Source of the DNA: Thermodesulfobacteriota bacterium
GTDB lineage: Bacteria; Desulfobacterota_D; UBA1144; Nemesobacterales; UBA2774
Direction of reading: 5' to 3'
Assembly: GCA_965216785.1 (NCBI GenBank)
Contig: OZ244197.1
Span: forward strand, 1,824,001-1,888,000
Length of the DNA: 64,000 nucleotides
Part shown: positions 9,488 to 19,193 of the stretch, one piece after another
How positions within the stretch are numbered: position 1 is the stretch's first letter
Layout of the letters: each line of letters begins with the position of its first letter
Notes under the pieces: model-generated
Database searches by the model: none
The model's input: only the letters and a program-made list of their open reading frames with translations
Told to the model about the DNA's origin: nothing
Translations under genes and position numbers: made by a program

Positions 9488-10381
9488 TTGCGTCGACGAA
9501 TTATATTTTTAGCTATAACGGAGTATTCTGGTGCGTATGAAAGAAAGGGAGTGTTAAGAGAGATGATAGAAATCACAAGAGGTTTAATATTGATCCTGTT
9601 ACAGCGTAGGTTGTTGCGAGTTTCCATTACTGCTTTAGTGACTGTTCTTGCATTATTGGTATTAGAGGTGAGCACGGCGCGGGCAGTGGGTGGTATTTCT
9701 AACTCCAAAGTTATAGTCCCGAGCGCGGAGAGCGTACCAAAGGGGAAATTTGAGATTGAGCCTTTTTTCGGGCTTGAATTTGTAGATGACAGTGACAATA
9801 CCACAAGGTTCGGAGGCGGAGTGAGGTTCACCTTAGGCGTGCTTCACAACCTTGAGATCGGTGCCAATGTTAACTATCTGGACGTTGAGGACTCTGACCT
9901 CATCCAAAGGAACTCTGACTTCGGAGACATAGAAACGGGGTTAAAATTCAGGCTGCTCGATGAGGGTGAGAGTTATCCATTCTCACTTGCTTATCAGGGC
10001 GGGGTCACGATACCGACGAATGACGATGCTCTTTGGATAGTAGAGCCTGGCGGGCTGATTCTTACTAAGAACTTCACCCAAGAGTTCTCAATGGACGCGG
10101 ATTTTGTATTTGGAATAATAGAGGACGACGCCTGGAGCTTTGTCTCTGAGATCGGGTTTGGATATTTTGTAACACATTGGTTTCAGCCTGTTGTAGAGGC
10201 GGCATACGCGTTTGAAGATCCTGACGGGGAGGATAACGTGCAGATCGTCAATATTACCGCCGGTTTCACGTCTCCAGTGACTGACTGGCTGACGGTCATA
10301 ATGGGCGTGACCCCGGACATTTATACCAAGAATACGGATGAGCAGGTAATACTTACAGCCGCGTTTACATTTCTATTCTAG
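9488..10381 (+). CDS. Outer-membrane beta-barrel protein (putative transporter, MetA-pathway-like family); true start probably downstream
   Basis: Signal ending ARA, alternating beta strands, FGDIETGLKFRL motif, C-terminal Phe. Confidence 0.65.
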   Translation: MRRRIIFLAITEYSGAYERKGVLREMIEITRGLILILLQRRLLRVSITALVTVLALLVLEVSTARAVGGISNSKVIVPSAESVPKGKFEIEPFFGLEFVDDSDNTTRFGGGVRFTLGVLHNLEIGANVNYLDVEDSDLIQRNSDFGDIETGLKFRLLDEGESYPFSLAYQGGVTIPTNDDALWIVEPGGLILTKNFTQEFSMDADFVFGIIEDDAWSFVSEIGFGYFVTHWFQPVVEAAYAFEDPDGEDNVQIVNITAGFTSPVTDWLTVIMGVTPDIYTKNTDEQVILTAAFTFLF

Positions 10382-10394
10382 TGTTTTATCGGCC

Positions 10395-10445
10395 TTGACA
10401 GAGGGGGTTCTTGCAAATAAACTATTTTTTAGACATGTCTAAAAA
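10395..10445 (+). promoter_or_regulatory. Sigma-70 promoter and DtxR/MntR-family operator
   Basis: TTGACA-17bp-TAAACT (10395-10423), then perfect 20-bp palindrome TTTTTAGACATGTCTAAAAA (10426-10445) upstream of the repressor gene. Confidence 0.85.
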
Positions 10446-10545
10446 TTGATTTAGGAGATTTTAATAAAGACTTGTGGGGCAGCATAAATATTACGAGAGC
10501 ATCTGGGTACTTTAGGTAGAGAAAATTCAAACCAGGAGAAGCTTA

Positions 10546-11223
10546 ATGTACACCGAATCCATAGAAAATTATTTGAAAACAATATACGAAATTCAAAAGG
10601 AATCCGAGAAAGTTACTACTAACTCAATCTCGGAGAAATTGGGCGTTGCACCTGCTTCCGTGACCAGTATGATGAAAAAGCTCTCGGAAAAGAAACTCAT
10701 CACCCATAAACGCTACCAGGGCGTTAAGCTCAGCGGCCCCGGGAAAAAGATCGCGCTCGAGGTGATACGCCATCACAGGCTGATTGAGCTCTATCTGGCA
10801 GAAGCGCTCGGGGTTCCGTGGGACAAGGTGCATGAAGAGGCCGAAAAGTGGGAGCACGTGCTCTCAGAAGATCTGGAAGACCGTATGGATAAGGCTCTAG
10901 GATACCCGACAAGAGACCCGCACGGCTCGCCAATACCAAGCCGTGACGGCACGGTGATAGAGCTTGAGTCTATACCTCTTGTGGAACTTCAGCCGGGACA
11001 GTCAGGTGTAATTGCCGAGGTAAGCGACCACGACCCGGATCTTCTAAGATATGTAGGCAAGATGGGTCTCTACCCGATGACTAAAATAGAGGTGCTCTCG
11101 GTAGAGCCTTTCAGCGGGCCTATAACTATTAAAGTTGAGGACACAAGTCACATACTGGGTTCGGAGGCGGCACAGTACGTCTTCGTATCAGACGTGGAAG
11201 GTGAGCACGGGGAGGCATCCTAA
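10546..11223 (+). CDS. DtxR/MntR/TroR family metal-dependent repressor with FeoA-like C-terminal domain
   Basis: ENYLKTIY, RHHRLIE, EAEKWEH, DPHGSPIP. Confidence 0.95.
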   Translation: MYTESIENYLKTIYEIQKESEKVTTNSISEKLGVAPASVTSMMKKLSEKKLITHKRYQGVKLSGPGKKIALEVIRHHRLIELYLAEALGVPWDKVHEEAEKWEHVLSEDLEDRMDKALGYPTRDPHGSPIPSRDGTVIELESIPLVELQPGQSGVIAEVSDHDPDLLRYVGKMGLYPMTKIEVLSVEPFSGPITIKVEDTSHILGSEAAQYVFVSDVEGEHGEAS

Positions 11224-11224
11224 C

Positions 11225-12169
11225 ATGAAAAGCATAAAAGCAATCTTAGCTCTTATATTGGTTGTAACTCTAATTTCCTGCTCTTCTGAGGACAGAGAAG
11301 GCGCGTTAAACAAAGAGACTATTAACATTGTAGCCACTACAGGTATGATCGCGGACGCGGCGCAAGTGGTCGGGGGGGATAAGGTCAAAGTGAAAGGCCT
11401 CATGGGCCCCGGAGTTGACCCTCACCTCTATAAAGCAAGCGCGGGCGACGTGGGGCTCCTGTCAAAAGCCGATCTGATTTTCTACAACGGGCTCCACCTC
11501 GAAGGGAAAATGGCCGAAATATTCGAGCAGATGAAAAAACGCGGCATAGACACGGTGGCTGTTACGGACGGAATCGACAGAAAGCACCTGCTTACTCCTC
11601 CGGAGTTTGAGGGCAATTACGACCCGCACCTATGGTTTGACGTAAGTTTATGGATGGGCGCCGTAAATACGATAAGGGACTCTCTTATTGAAAAGGATCC
11701 TGACAACGAGCAGATTTACCGCGCGAATACCGAGGAGTATTTAGTAAAGCTTTCCGAGCTTGATGAATATGTAAAGACTAAGACCGCCACCCTTCCCGCA
11801 GACAAAAGGGTTCTTATAACAGCGCACGACGCGTTTAATTACTTTGGCAAAGGGTATGGGTTTGAGGTCAAGGGTCTTCAGGGGATAAGCACCGATTCCG
11901 AGGCCGGTACCGCGGATGTGCAGGAGCTGGCCGGCTTTATCGTAGAGCGTCAGCTGCCCGCTATTTTTGTTGAATCTTCAGTTCCTCCCAAATACATAGA
12001 GGCCGTTCAGGCCGCTGTCAGGGCCAGGGGCTTCAACGTGGAGGTGGGAGGAGAGATCTTCTCAGACGCCATGGGTAACCCGGGAACGCCTGAAGGAAAC
12101 TACATCGGTATGGTAAGACATAATGTAAATACCATAGTGGGCGCTCTTAGTGAAGGCGGGGAATCGTAG
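11225..12169 (+). CDS. troA: Mn/Zn/Fe ABC transporter substrate-binding lipoprotein (TroA/MntA)
   Basis: ATG 11225, lipobox LISC; DPHLY, DPHLW, HDAF, SD metal ligands. Confidence 0.92.
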   Translation: MKSIKAILALILVVTLISCSSEDREGALNKETINIVATTGMIADAAQVVGGDKVKVKGLMGPGVDPHLYKASAGDVGLLSKADLIFYNGLHLEGKMAEIFEQMKKRGIDTVAVTDGIDRKHLLTPPEFEGNYDPHLWFDVSLWMGAVNTIRDSLIEKDPDNEQIYRANTEEYLVKLSELDEYVKTKTATLPADKRVLITAHDAFNYFGKGYGFEVKGLQGISTDSEAGTADVQELAGFIVERQLPAIFVESSVPPKYIEAVQAAVRARGFNVEVGGEIFSDAMGNPGTPEGNYIGMVRHNVNTIVGALSEGGES

Positions 12170-12211
12170 CGGATAATCTCCAACATATTTTTTCTGACCC
12201 GGAGTAATGAA

Positions 12212-12994
12212 ATGAAATACGCAATTGAAGTTGAAGACTTAACTGTAGCTTATAAAGAAAAGCCGGTACTGTGGGATGTCGATCTGAACGTGCCGGAGGG
12301 CGTGCTGATGTCAATAGTGGGCCCTAACGGAGCTGGAAAGACAACTCTTATAAAAGCGATGCTGGGTCTCGTAAACACCGCCGCGGGCAGGGTGAGTATA
12401 TACGGTAAACCCTATTTAAAGCAGCGGAGCCTGGTGGGCTACGTCCCGCAGAGGGGGAGTGTGGACTGGGATTTCCCGACAAGTGTCGGTGATGTAGTAA
12501 TGATGGGCAGATACGGCGCCCTGGGATGGATAAAGAGACCGGGCAGGGAAGAGGCCAGACTATCATTAAAGGCTCTTGAAAAAGTAGGCATGGCAGAATA
12601 TGCCGACCGCCAGATAAGCCAGCTGTCGGGCGGGCAGCAGCAGAGGGTGTTCCTCGCGCGCGCGCTGGTACAGGACGCCAGGATATACCTCATGGATGAG
12701 CCTTTTCAGGGGGTTGACGCAACCACTGAGCGTGCGATTGTCACACTGCTGCAAGAGCTGCGCGCGGCCGGGAAAACCGTCGTAGTCGTTCATCATGATC
12801 TCCAGACGGTGCCCGAATACTTTGACTGGACTACGCTCCTTAACGTGCGTCTTCTCGCAAGCGGGCCCGTAGATAAAGTATTTACGGAAGAGAACCTCCG
12901 TCTCACCTACGGGGGACGAGTCTCGTTCCTCAAGCATAACGGACATAGTACTGGCGAGGACAACGAAAAGAGGGCAGAAGCCGGGGGGATCTGA
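12212..12994 (+). CDS. troB: Metal ABC transporter ATPase (TroB/MntB)
   Basis: [24 protein letters not shown]. Confidence 0.93.
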   Translation: MKYAIEVEDLTVAYKEKPVLWDVDLNVPEGVLMSIVGPNGAGKTTLIKAMLGLVNTAAGRVSIYGKPYLKQRSLVGYVPQRGSVDWDFPTSVGDVVMMGRYGALGWIKRPGREEARLSLKALEKVGMAEYADRQISQLSGGQQQRVFLARALVQDARIYLMDEPFQGVDATTERAIVTLLQELRAAGKTVVVVHHDLQTVPEYFDWTTLLNVRLLASGPVDKVFTEENLRLTYGGRVSFLKHNGHSTGEDNEKRAEAGGI

Positions 12995-12995
12995 T

Positions 12996-14135
12996 TTGGA
13001 CGTCCTTTCGTTATTGAATGACCTTCTTTTCGATTATACCCTTCGTACCGTAGCGCTGGGCTCAGCCGTTCTGGGTATAGTGAGCGGGGCGCTTGGCTCC
13101 TACGCTGTTTTGCGCAAGCAGAGTCTTCTAGGGGACGCTATGTCTCATGCCGCGCTCCCAGGTATTGCCATCGCATTTCTACTAACCGGAAGCAAAGTCT
13201 CGCTTGTTCTCATACTTGGGGCGGCTATCGCAGGCTGGGTAGCTACGCTCATTATTATGAGCATTGTTCGAACGACAAGAATAAAATATGACACCGCGCT
13301 CGGCATGATTCTATCCGTATTCTTCGGATTCGGCCTTGTGCTTCTCACCATTATCCAAAAACGACCCGACGCCACTCAGGCCGGACTGGATAAATTCCTC
13401 TTTGGCCAGGCCGCGGCCCTATTGGAGCGGGACGTAATAACAATGGCTGTCCTTGGGGCGGTTGCGATAGCCACGATGCTGGTATTCTGGAAGCAGTTTA
13501 AGCTCTTAAGCTTCGATCCAGATTTTGGCGCCACTCTGGGTTTCCCAATGCGGTTTCTCGACGTAGTGCTTACGACTCTTATTGTTATCGCCATAGTCAC
13601 AGGGCTTCAAACAGTGGGAGTCGTGCTCATGAGCGCGATGATCGTCGCACCGGCTTCCGCCGCTAGGCAGTGGACCGACCGTTTGGGCCCTATGATATTT
13701 TTATCGGCCGCTTTCGGAGCATTGGCGGGGGTATCGGGAGCTCTTCTGAGCAGCAGTATATCGAGGCTCCCTACAGGTCCCACAATTGTGCTTTGCGTAA
13801 GCGTGATAGTCGTAATATCGATTTTCCTGGCTCCTGCACGGGGTCTTGTTTGGAGCTGGCTGCGTGAGAGAAGGAACAGGGGGAAGCTTCGTCTTGAAGG
13901 TATGCTGGAGGATCTGTACTCACTTGCCCTTCAGCATAAAGATCCCGGGCACGCTCACCCTGTGTCGGTTCTCAGGCTAATGAGCGCGGACAAAGGAGGG
14001 GTGGACAATAGCCTCCAAAAACTCGAGGAGCAGGGGTTTGTGCGCCGTGTAAAATCGGAAGAATGGGCGCTTACGAGGAAAGGTGTTGAGCAGGCAAGGC
14101 AAATAATAAAACTAGGGGTCGGCGGCGGACAATGA
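12996..14135 (+). CDS. troC: Metal ABC permease (TroC/MntC) with C-terminal winged-helix-like extension
   Basis: DAMSHAALPG ABC-3 motif; soluble tail ending LEEQGFV...WALTRKG. Confidence 0.9.
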   Translation: MDVLSLLNDLLFDYTLRTVALGSAVLGIVSGALGSYAVLRKQSLLGDAMSHAALPGIAIAFLLTGSKVSLVLILGAAIAGWVATLIIMSIVRTTRIKYDTALGMILSVFFGFGLVLLTIIQKRPDATQAGLDKFLFGQAAALLERDVITMAVLGAVAIATMLVFWKQFKLLSFDPDFGATLGFPMRFLDVVLTTLIVIAIVTGLQTVGVVLMSAMIVAPASAARQWTDRLGPMIFLSAAFGALAGVSGALLSSSISRLPTGPTIVLCVSVIVVISIFLAPARGLVWSWLRERRNRGKLRLEGMLEDLYSLALQHKDPGHAHPVSVLRLMSADKGGVDNSLQKLEEQGFVRRVKSEEWALTRKGVEQARQIIKLGVGGGQ

Positions 14136-15250
14136 GCGCAGAGCAGATAGAAATTCAGATAATAGCCTCTCTTGTGGCTGTGACCTGCGCGATCCCGGGG
14201 GTATTTCTCGTTTTGCGCCGAATGGCTATGATGAGCGACGCGATCAGTCACGCGATTTTGCTCGGTATTGTGCTCGCGTTTTTCGCGGTCCACGATATAT
14301 CCTCGCCACTGCTCATAATCGGGGCCGCGCTAAGCGGCGTGCTCACCGTGAGCTTCGTTGAAATTCTCAACAAAACAAAGCTAGTTAAAGAAGACGCGGC
14401 GATAGGGCTGGTATTCCCGGTACTATTCAGCATAGGTGTAATTCTGATCGCGCGCTACGCGTGGAGCATTCACCTCGATGTACACGCCGTTCTGTTAGGA
14501 GAGCTTGCTTTCGCTCCGTTTGACAGACTCATCGTAGGCGGGCTCGACCTGGGGCCGAAGTCGCTTTATGTAATGGGTACTATTTTACTCGTGAATCTCA
14601 TATTTATTTCCCTTTTCTACAAAGAGCTCAAGATATCTACGTTCGATGCCGGGCTGGCTGCGGCTCTGGGGTTTTCTCCGGGCTTAATACATTACGGGCT
14701 CATGGGGCTTGTTTCTGTAACCGCTGTCGGGGCGTTCGATGCGGTAGGCTCAATACTGGTCGTGGCTCTTATGGTAACGCCGCCCGCGGCTGCTTATCTT
14801 CTGACAGATAAGCTCTCTTACATGATAATTCTGAGCGCGCTTCTAGGCGTTTTGAGCGCTATAAGCGGATTCTGGCTCGCTATATTGCTCGACGCAAACA
14901 TAGCGGGCTCCATGGCTACCATGGCGGGGATAGTGTTCGTAGTAGTTTTTCTCTTTGCTCCCGACAGGGGGATTATCGCGATCGCCATGAGACGCTCGAG
15001 ACAGCGCTGGGAATTTGCGGGTAAGATGCTCGCTATACATCTTTTGAATCATGAGGGGACCCCGGACGAGGAACGAGAATCACAAGTCGTACACCTGGAA
15101 GAGAATCTATGCTGGAAAGAAGGTTTTGCGAATAAGATTATTAAGTATACAGAAAATAAAGGGATTCTTTTTCGGGACCGGGACATGCTCAGGCTGACGG
15201 ATTACGGCAGGGAATACGCGAAAAAATCTGTAATTGATGAGAGCACTTAA
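14132..15250 (+). CDS. troD: Metal ABC permease (TroD/MntD) with C-terminal winged-helix-like extension
   Basis: DAISHAILLG, LLGEL; tail ending KGILF...LRLTDYG; ATGA overlap with troC. Confidence 0.9.
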   Translation: MSAEQIEIQIIASLVAVTCAIPGVFLVLRRMAMMSDAISHAILLGIVLAFFAVHDISSPLLIIGAALSGVLTVSFVEILNKTKLVKEDAAIGLVFPVLFSIGVILIARYAWSIHLDVHAVLLGELAFAPFDRLIVGGLDLGPKSLYVMGTILLVNLIFISLFYKELKISTFDAGLAAALGFSPGLIHYGLMGLVSVTAVGAFDAVGSILVVALMVTPPAAAYLLTDKLSYMIILSALLGVLSAISGFWLAILLDANIAGSMATMAGIVFVVVFLFAPDRGIIAIAMRRSRQRWEFAGKMLAIHLLNHEGTPDEERESQVVHLEENLCWKEGFANKIIKYTENKGILFRDRDMLRLTDYGREYAKKSVIDEST

Positions 15251-15257
15251 TAGAAGC

Positions 15258-16121
15258 TTACTTAGAGTCTGCTCTTTGTTTTAGAAGTTTTAGTATTATG
15301 CTGAGAAGTATTATGCCCTTGGGTCCGTCGTCATCCTCTTTTAGTGACTGAATATAGTCCATGTTATCCATTACGGACTCGTCTTCGGGAGCTATCTGCA
15401 GAGCGGCCCTAAGCACTTCCAAGGCTTCGTCATACCACCCCTTTTCGGCCAGCGATAACGCTAGCGCGTTGTAGCCCGGGATAAATTCGGGGGCAATGGT
15501 TATTACCTCTCTGAACTTGGCCGACGACTCATCGATCCAGCCAAGGTCAAAATAGCAGTTCCCAATGGATAGGTGCGCCCATGTGTCGTCGGGGCATATA
15601 TCGATCTGCTTTCTGAACTCCGAAAGAGCCTCTCTGGTCCAGCCCATATCGAAATAACAAAGGCCAATCTGATAGTATATCTCTTCCTTTATATAATCCT
15701 GCTCACAATCTCCCTGTAAGCACTCCTCGAAATACTTTAGAGCCTCTTCGTATAGCCCGATAGTTCTGTAGGCGACCGCTTTGTGCCAGATCGCGACAGT
15801 GTATCCGGAATCGATTTCTAGAGCTGCGTCAAAGCACTTTAAAGATTCCGAGTGTCTGCTCATTCTGGATAATGTGATGCCGAACTGAGTCCAGATATAG
15901 GCGTCGTGGGTGTTTAGCTCGAGCGCTTTTCTGAAATAGTGGATGGAGCTCTTAAACTCCTCCATGGCGTCGTATGTGAGAGCGAATGAAAGATAAACGT
16001 CCGGGTCTTCCGGGGCTATTTTATTCGCCTGAGTCAGCTCTCTCAGAGCTTCCTCGAACCGCCCGGCTTCCTTAAAATCATCTGCTTTATTTAGGTGTCT
16101 GTCCAGCCTTCCCATTATCAA
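15258..16121 (-). CDS. TPR repeat protein
   Basis: About 7 repeats of 34 aa with A/G/Y-F/A...P pattern. Confidence 0.85.
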   Translation of the reverse strand: MIMGRLDRHLNKADDFKEAGRFEEALRELTQANKIAPEDPDVYLSFALTYDAMEEFKSSIHYFRKALELNTHDAYIWTQFGITLSRMSRHSESLKCFDAALEIDSGYTVAIWHKAVAYRTIGLYEEALKYFEECLQGDCEQDYIKEEIYYQIGLCYFDMGWTREALSEFRKQIDICPDDTWAHLSIGNCYFDLGWIDESSAKFREVITIAPEFIPGYNALALSLAEKGWYDEALEVLRAALQIAPEDESVMDNMDYIQSLKEDDDGPKGIILLSIILKLLKQRADSK

Positions 16122-16408
16122 CCCAATAAGGTGTGTGCACTAAAATTGTTTAAAGCATATTTGGTGCTGAGCCGAATGTCAATATTCTCACGTCGATAGC
16201 CTGTCTAATTTGCCGTTTTTTGACGCTCCGGGCGGTTAATTAGGGGCAAAAAAACAATTTCCGCCGCATTCACGTTGTAAAAAAACGGATATCAATTCAA
16301 CAGTTCGAGAGTGTAAAGAGGGAAGTTTTATCTCTTTCTATATGCAACTTTTTGGCAACTTTTACATCGAATAATTACAAATCCATTAGGAGAATTCATA
16401 CAAGAACC

Positions 16409-17695
16409 ATGCATGTTGCAGTTATAGGTAACGGGATTACAGGGGTTTCGGCCGCAATCCGCATAAGAGAGTTAAGGCCCGAATGGAAAATTACTATGAT
16501 TTCGGGCGAGAGCGATTATCACTATTCCCGGCCCTCGCTGATGTACATATACATGGGGCACATGCGCTATCGGGAGGCAAAGCCCTATGAAAACAGTTTC
16601 TGGGACAGAAACGATATCGGGCTCTTAAGAGACTGGGTTTTGGAAATCGACACCGACGCCAAAAGGCTCATTATGCATTCAAACGACCCCGTTTACTACG
16701 ATAAACTCCTTATCGCTACAGGGTCCAAGTCCAATAAATTCGGCTGGCCCGGGCAGGACTTAAAGGGCGTGCAGGGGCTTTACGACCTTATGGATCTGCG
16801 GGAGCTGCATGAGAATTCACAAGGTGTTAAGAACGCTGTAATCGTCGGGGGAGGCCTGATCGGCATAGAGCTTGGAGAGATGCTTCATTCAAGGGGAATT
16901 CACGTCACTTTTTTAGTTAGAGAGAACTCTTACTGGGATAATGTGCTTCCGGCACAGGAATCGGTCTTGATAAACCGGGTGATTGAGCAGGAAGGAATGG
17001 AGCTAAGACTCGGGACCGAGCTTAAGGAAATACTAGGAGACCGCTCCGGGCGCGTTCGCGGCGTTACAACGAGCGCGGGTGAGCTTATAGAGTGCGCTCT
17101 TGTAGGGCTTACAGCGGGCGTGAGCCCGAACATAGACCTGGTGAGGGACCACGAGATCCCAACAGGTCGAGGGGTACTCGTTGACCGGGGGTTCAGGACC
17201 GGCGTCGAAGACATATACTCGGCGGGGGACTGCGCCGAGATCATCACCCCGGGAGAGGGGAGAAACCTGATACAGCAGGTGTGGTACACGGGGAAGATGC
17301 AGGGAAAAGCGGCGGGGGAATCGATAGCCGGCCTCGACACTGCATACGAGCCGGGCGTATGGTACAACTCAGCAAAGTTCGTAAACCTCGAATATCAGAT
17401 TTACGGTACGGTGAATAACGCTCAAGGCACGCTCGATATTCAGGGAGAGAAAAACCTCTACTGGGAGCACGAAAACAAAAAGCATGCTCTCCGCCTGGTG
17501 CATGACGGAAATTCAATACTGGGCATTAATACTATGGGACTACGCTACCGTCACCGCATATGTGAGTCCTGGATAAAGGAGAAGCGCTCTGTCGAATACG
17601 TCCTGGATAACCTTAGGGAAGCGAATTTCGATCCCGAATTCTTCAGAAGATATGAAAGCGAAATTGTAGGGAGTTTAAAGGAGCAGCGCGCATGA
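16409..17695 (+). CDS. NAD(P)/FAD-dependent pyridine nucleotide-disulfide oxidoreductase family protein
   Basis: Start MHVAVIGNGITG; IATGS, VGGGLIGIE, YSAGDC. Confidence 0.88.
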   Translation: MHVAVIGNGITGVSAAIRIRELRPEWKITMISGESDYHYSRPSLMYIYMGHMRYREAKPYENSFWDRNDIGLLRDWVLEIDTDAKRLIMHSNDPVYYDKLLIATGSKSNKFGWPGQDLKGVQGLYDLMDLRELHENSQGVKNAVIVGGGLIGIELGEMLHSRGIHVTFLVRENSYWDNVLPAQESVLINRVIEQEGMELRLGTELKEILGDRSGRVRGVTTSAGELIECALVGLTAGVSPNIDLVRDHEIPTGRGVLVDRGFRTGVEDIYSAGDCAEIITPGEGRNLIQQVWYTGKMQGKAAGESIAGLDTAYEPGVWYNSAKFVNLEYQIYGTVNNAQGTLDIQGEKNLYWEHENKKHALRLVHDGNSILGINTMGLRYRHRICESWIKEKRSVEYVLDNLREANFDPEFFRRYESEIVGSLKEQRA

Positions 17696-19089
17696 TAGAC
17701 GTAAGGACTCTTGATCACGGTTACGACGAGGAAAAGCTCGGATTCCCTGAGCCCCCGAAAGCCGAGGAGCGAAGGCTCGACGTATGGGAGAAACTCTCAC
17801 TCTCACTCGTGGGTCTGGGCGTCTTATTTTTTATAGTCCTACTATTCAATACGCCTCTCAGGGGCACCTGGCCCGGGTTTATTCTGGCATTCGCCCCTAT
17901 GACGGCGGGAGGCGCTCTATATTTCTGGCTTGGCTACAAAAACACCGTGCCCGGCATAAAAAACGACAGGAACTTCTATAGGAATATTACATCGCGCGGA
18001 AGTCTCGGCTGGATAGCGGGCATACTGATGACAGGCTTTTACATAGTGCTTTACTGGTGGCCCCAGTACCTTGAAGGAGGGGTAAGGCTAGTTGATCCGT
18101 CTTCCTACGCTATATCCGGGGCGCCCGCTACACACTGGTTCCTCTACGGTTTTATTTACACGCTCGCCGTCCTCGTATTCGGCATACGTATGCTCATGCG
18201 CTACCGAGGGAACCGCTACCAGCAGATAAGGACTCTTTCCGTAATGTTCTTTCAGCTAGGGTTTGCTTTCATACTCCCTAACATCCTCATGATCTTTAAT
18301 CAGCCTGAATATTACTTTTCATACTTCTGGCCGCTTAAGTATGACTACCTGTTTCCCGGCACTGTGAGCTACCTGGCAAACAGTCCCGGAGGCTTCGGTG
18401 TGTTCTTTATCTTCTGGGGATTGGTCATGTCCTTTTTCGCGGTTCCCGTACTTACCTATTTCTTCGGCAAGAGGTGGTACTGCTCATGGGTCTGCGGCTG
18501 CGGAGGGCTTGCCGAGACCCTCGGGGATCCGTGGAGACAGCTCTCGGATAAATCCCTCAAGGCATGGCGGATCGAGCGCTGGATGATCCATACCGTGCTC
18601 GTACTGATAGTCATTGTAACAGCAGCGCTCTGGATTAACTCCGCGACCCAGGGGAAAGTGCTGGGCGAGTTCTCGGGAGCGGCGGCAAAGTGGTACGGGT
18701 TTTTCATAGGCGCGATATTCTCAGGCGTCGTAGGAGTAGGGTTCTACCCTCTCATGGGAAGCCGCGTATGGTGCCGCTTCGGATGCCCGCTCGCTGCCAC
18801 TCTGGGCATATTCCAGCGCTATTTCTCTAGATTCAGGATTACCACAAACGGCGGGCAGTGCATGTCTTGCGGCAACTGCTCGACATACTGCGAGATGGGT
18901 ATTGACGTGCGCTCCTACGCGCAAAAAGGCGAGAACATCATCCGCGCCTCCTGCGTAGGCTGCGGGGTGTGCAGCGCGGTGTGCCCTTCGGGTGTGCTAA
19001 GGCTCGAAGGCGGCTCCTATAAAAACCGCTACAAGAGAGCGGACGACCCTGTGCAGGCGTTCATAGATTCCATAAAGCACCTGCCTTGA
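17692..19089 (+). CDS. Polytopic membrane protein with 4Fe-4S dicluster (NapH/MauN/CcoG-like)
   Basis: CSWVCGCG and CRFGCP motifs; CMSCGNCSTYC and CVGCGVCSAVCP; ATGA-coupled to the upstream flavoprotein. Confidence 0.87.
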   Translation: MIDVRTLDHGYDEEKLGFPEPPKAEERRLDVWEKLSLSLVGLGVLFFIVLLFNTPLRGTWPGFILAFAPMTAGGALYFWLGYKNTVPGIKNDRNFYRNITSRGSLGWIAGILMTGFYIVLYWWPQYLEGGVRLVDPSSYAISGAPATHWFLYGFIYTLAVLVFGIRMLMRYRGNRYQQIRTLSVMFFQLGFAFILPNILMIFNQPEYYFSYFWPLKYDYLFPGTVSYLANSPGGFGVFFIFWGLVMSFFAVPVLTYFFGKRWYCSWVCGCGGLAETLGDPWRQLSDKSLKAWRIERWMIHTVLVLIVIVTAALWINSATQGKVLGEFSGAAAKWYGFFIGAIFSGVVGVGFYPLMGSRVWCRFGCPLAATLGIFQRYFSRFRITTNGGQCMSCGNCSTYCEMGIDVRSYAQKGENIIRASCVGCGVCSAVCPSGVLRLEGGSYKNRYKRADDPVQAFIDSIKHLP

Positions 19090-19193
19090 CAGCTCTCATG
19101 TGAATTCCATATCAATTTACAGTTAGCCGGGGTATCTTGTGCGCCAATCCTCCTATTGAACCGCTATACAAAAACAATTAGACTCCCTTTCGT

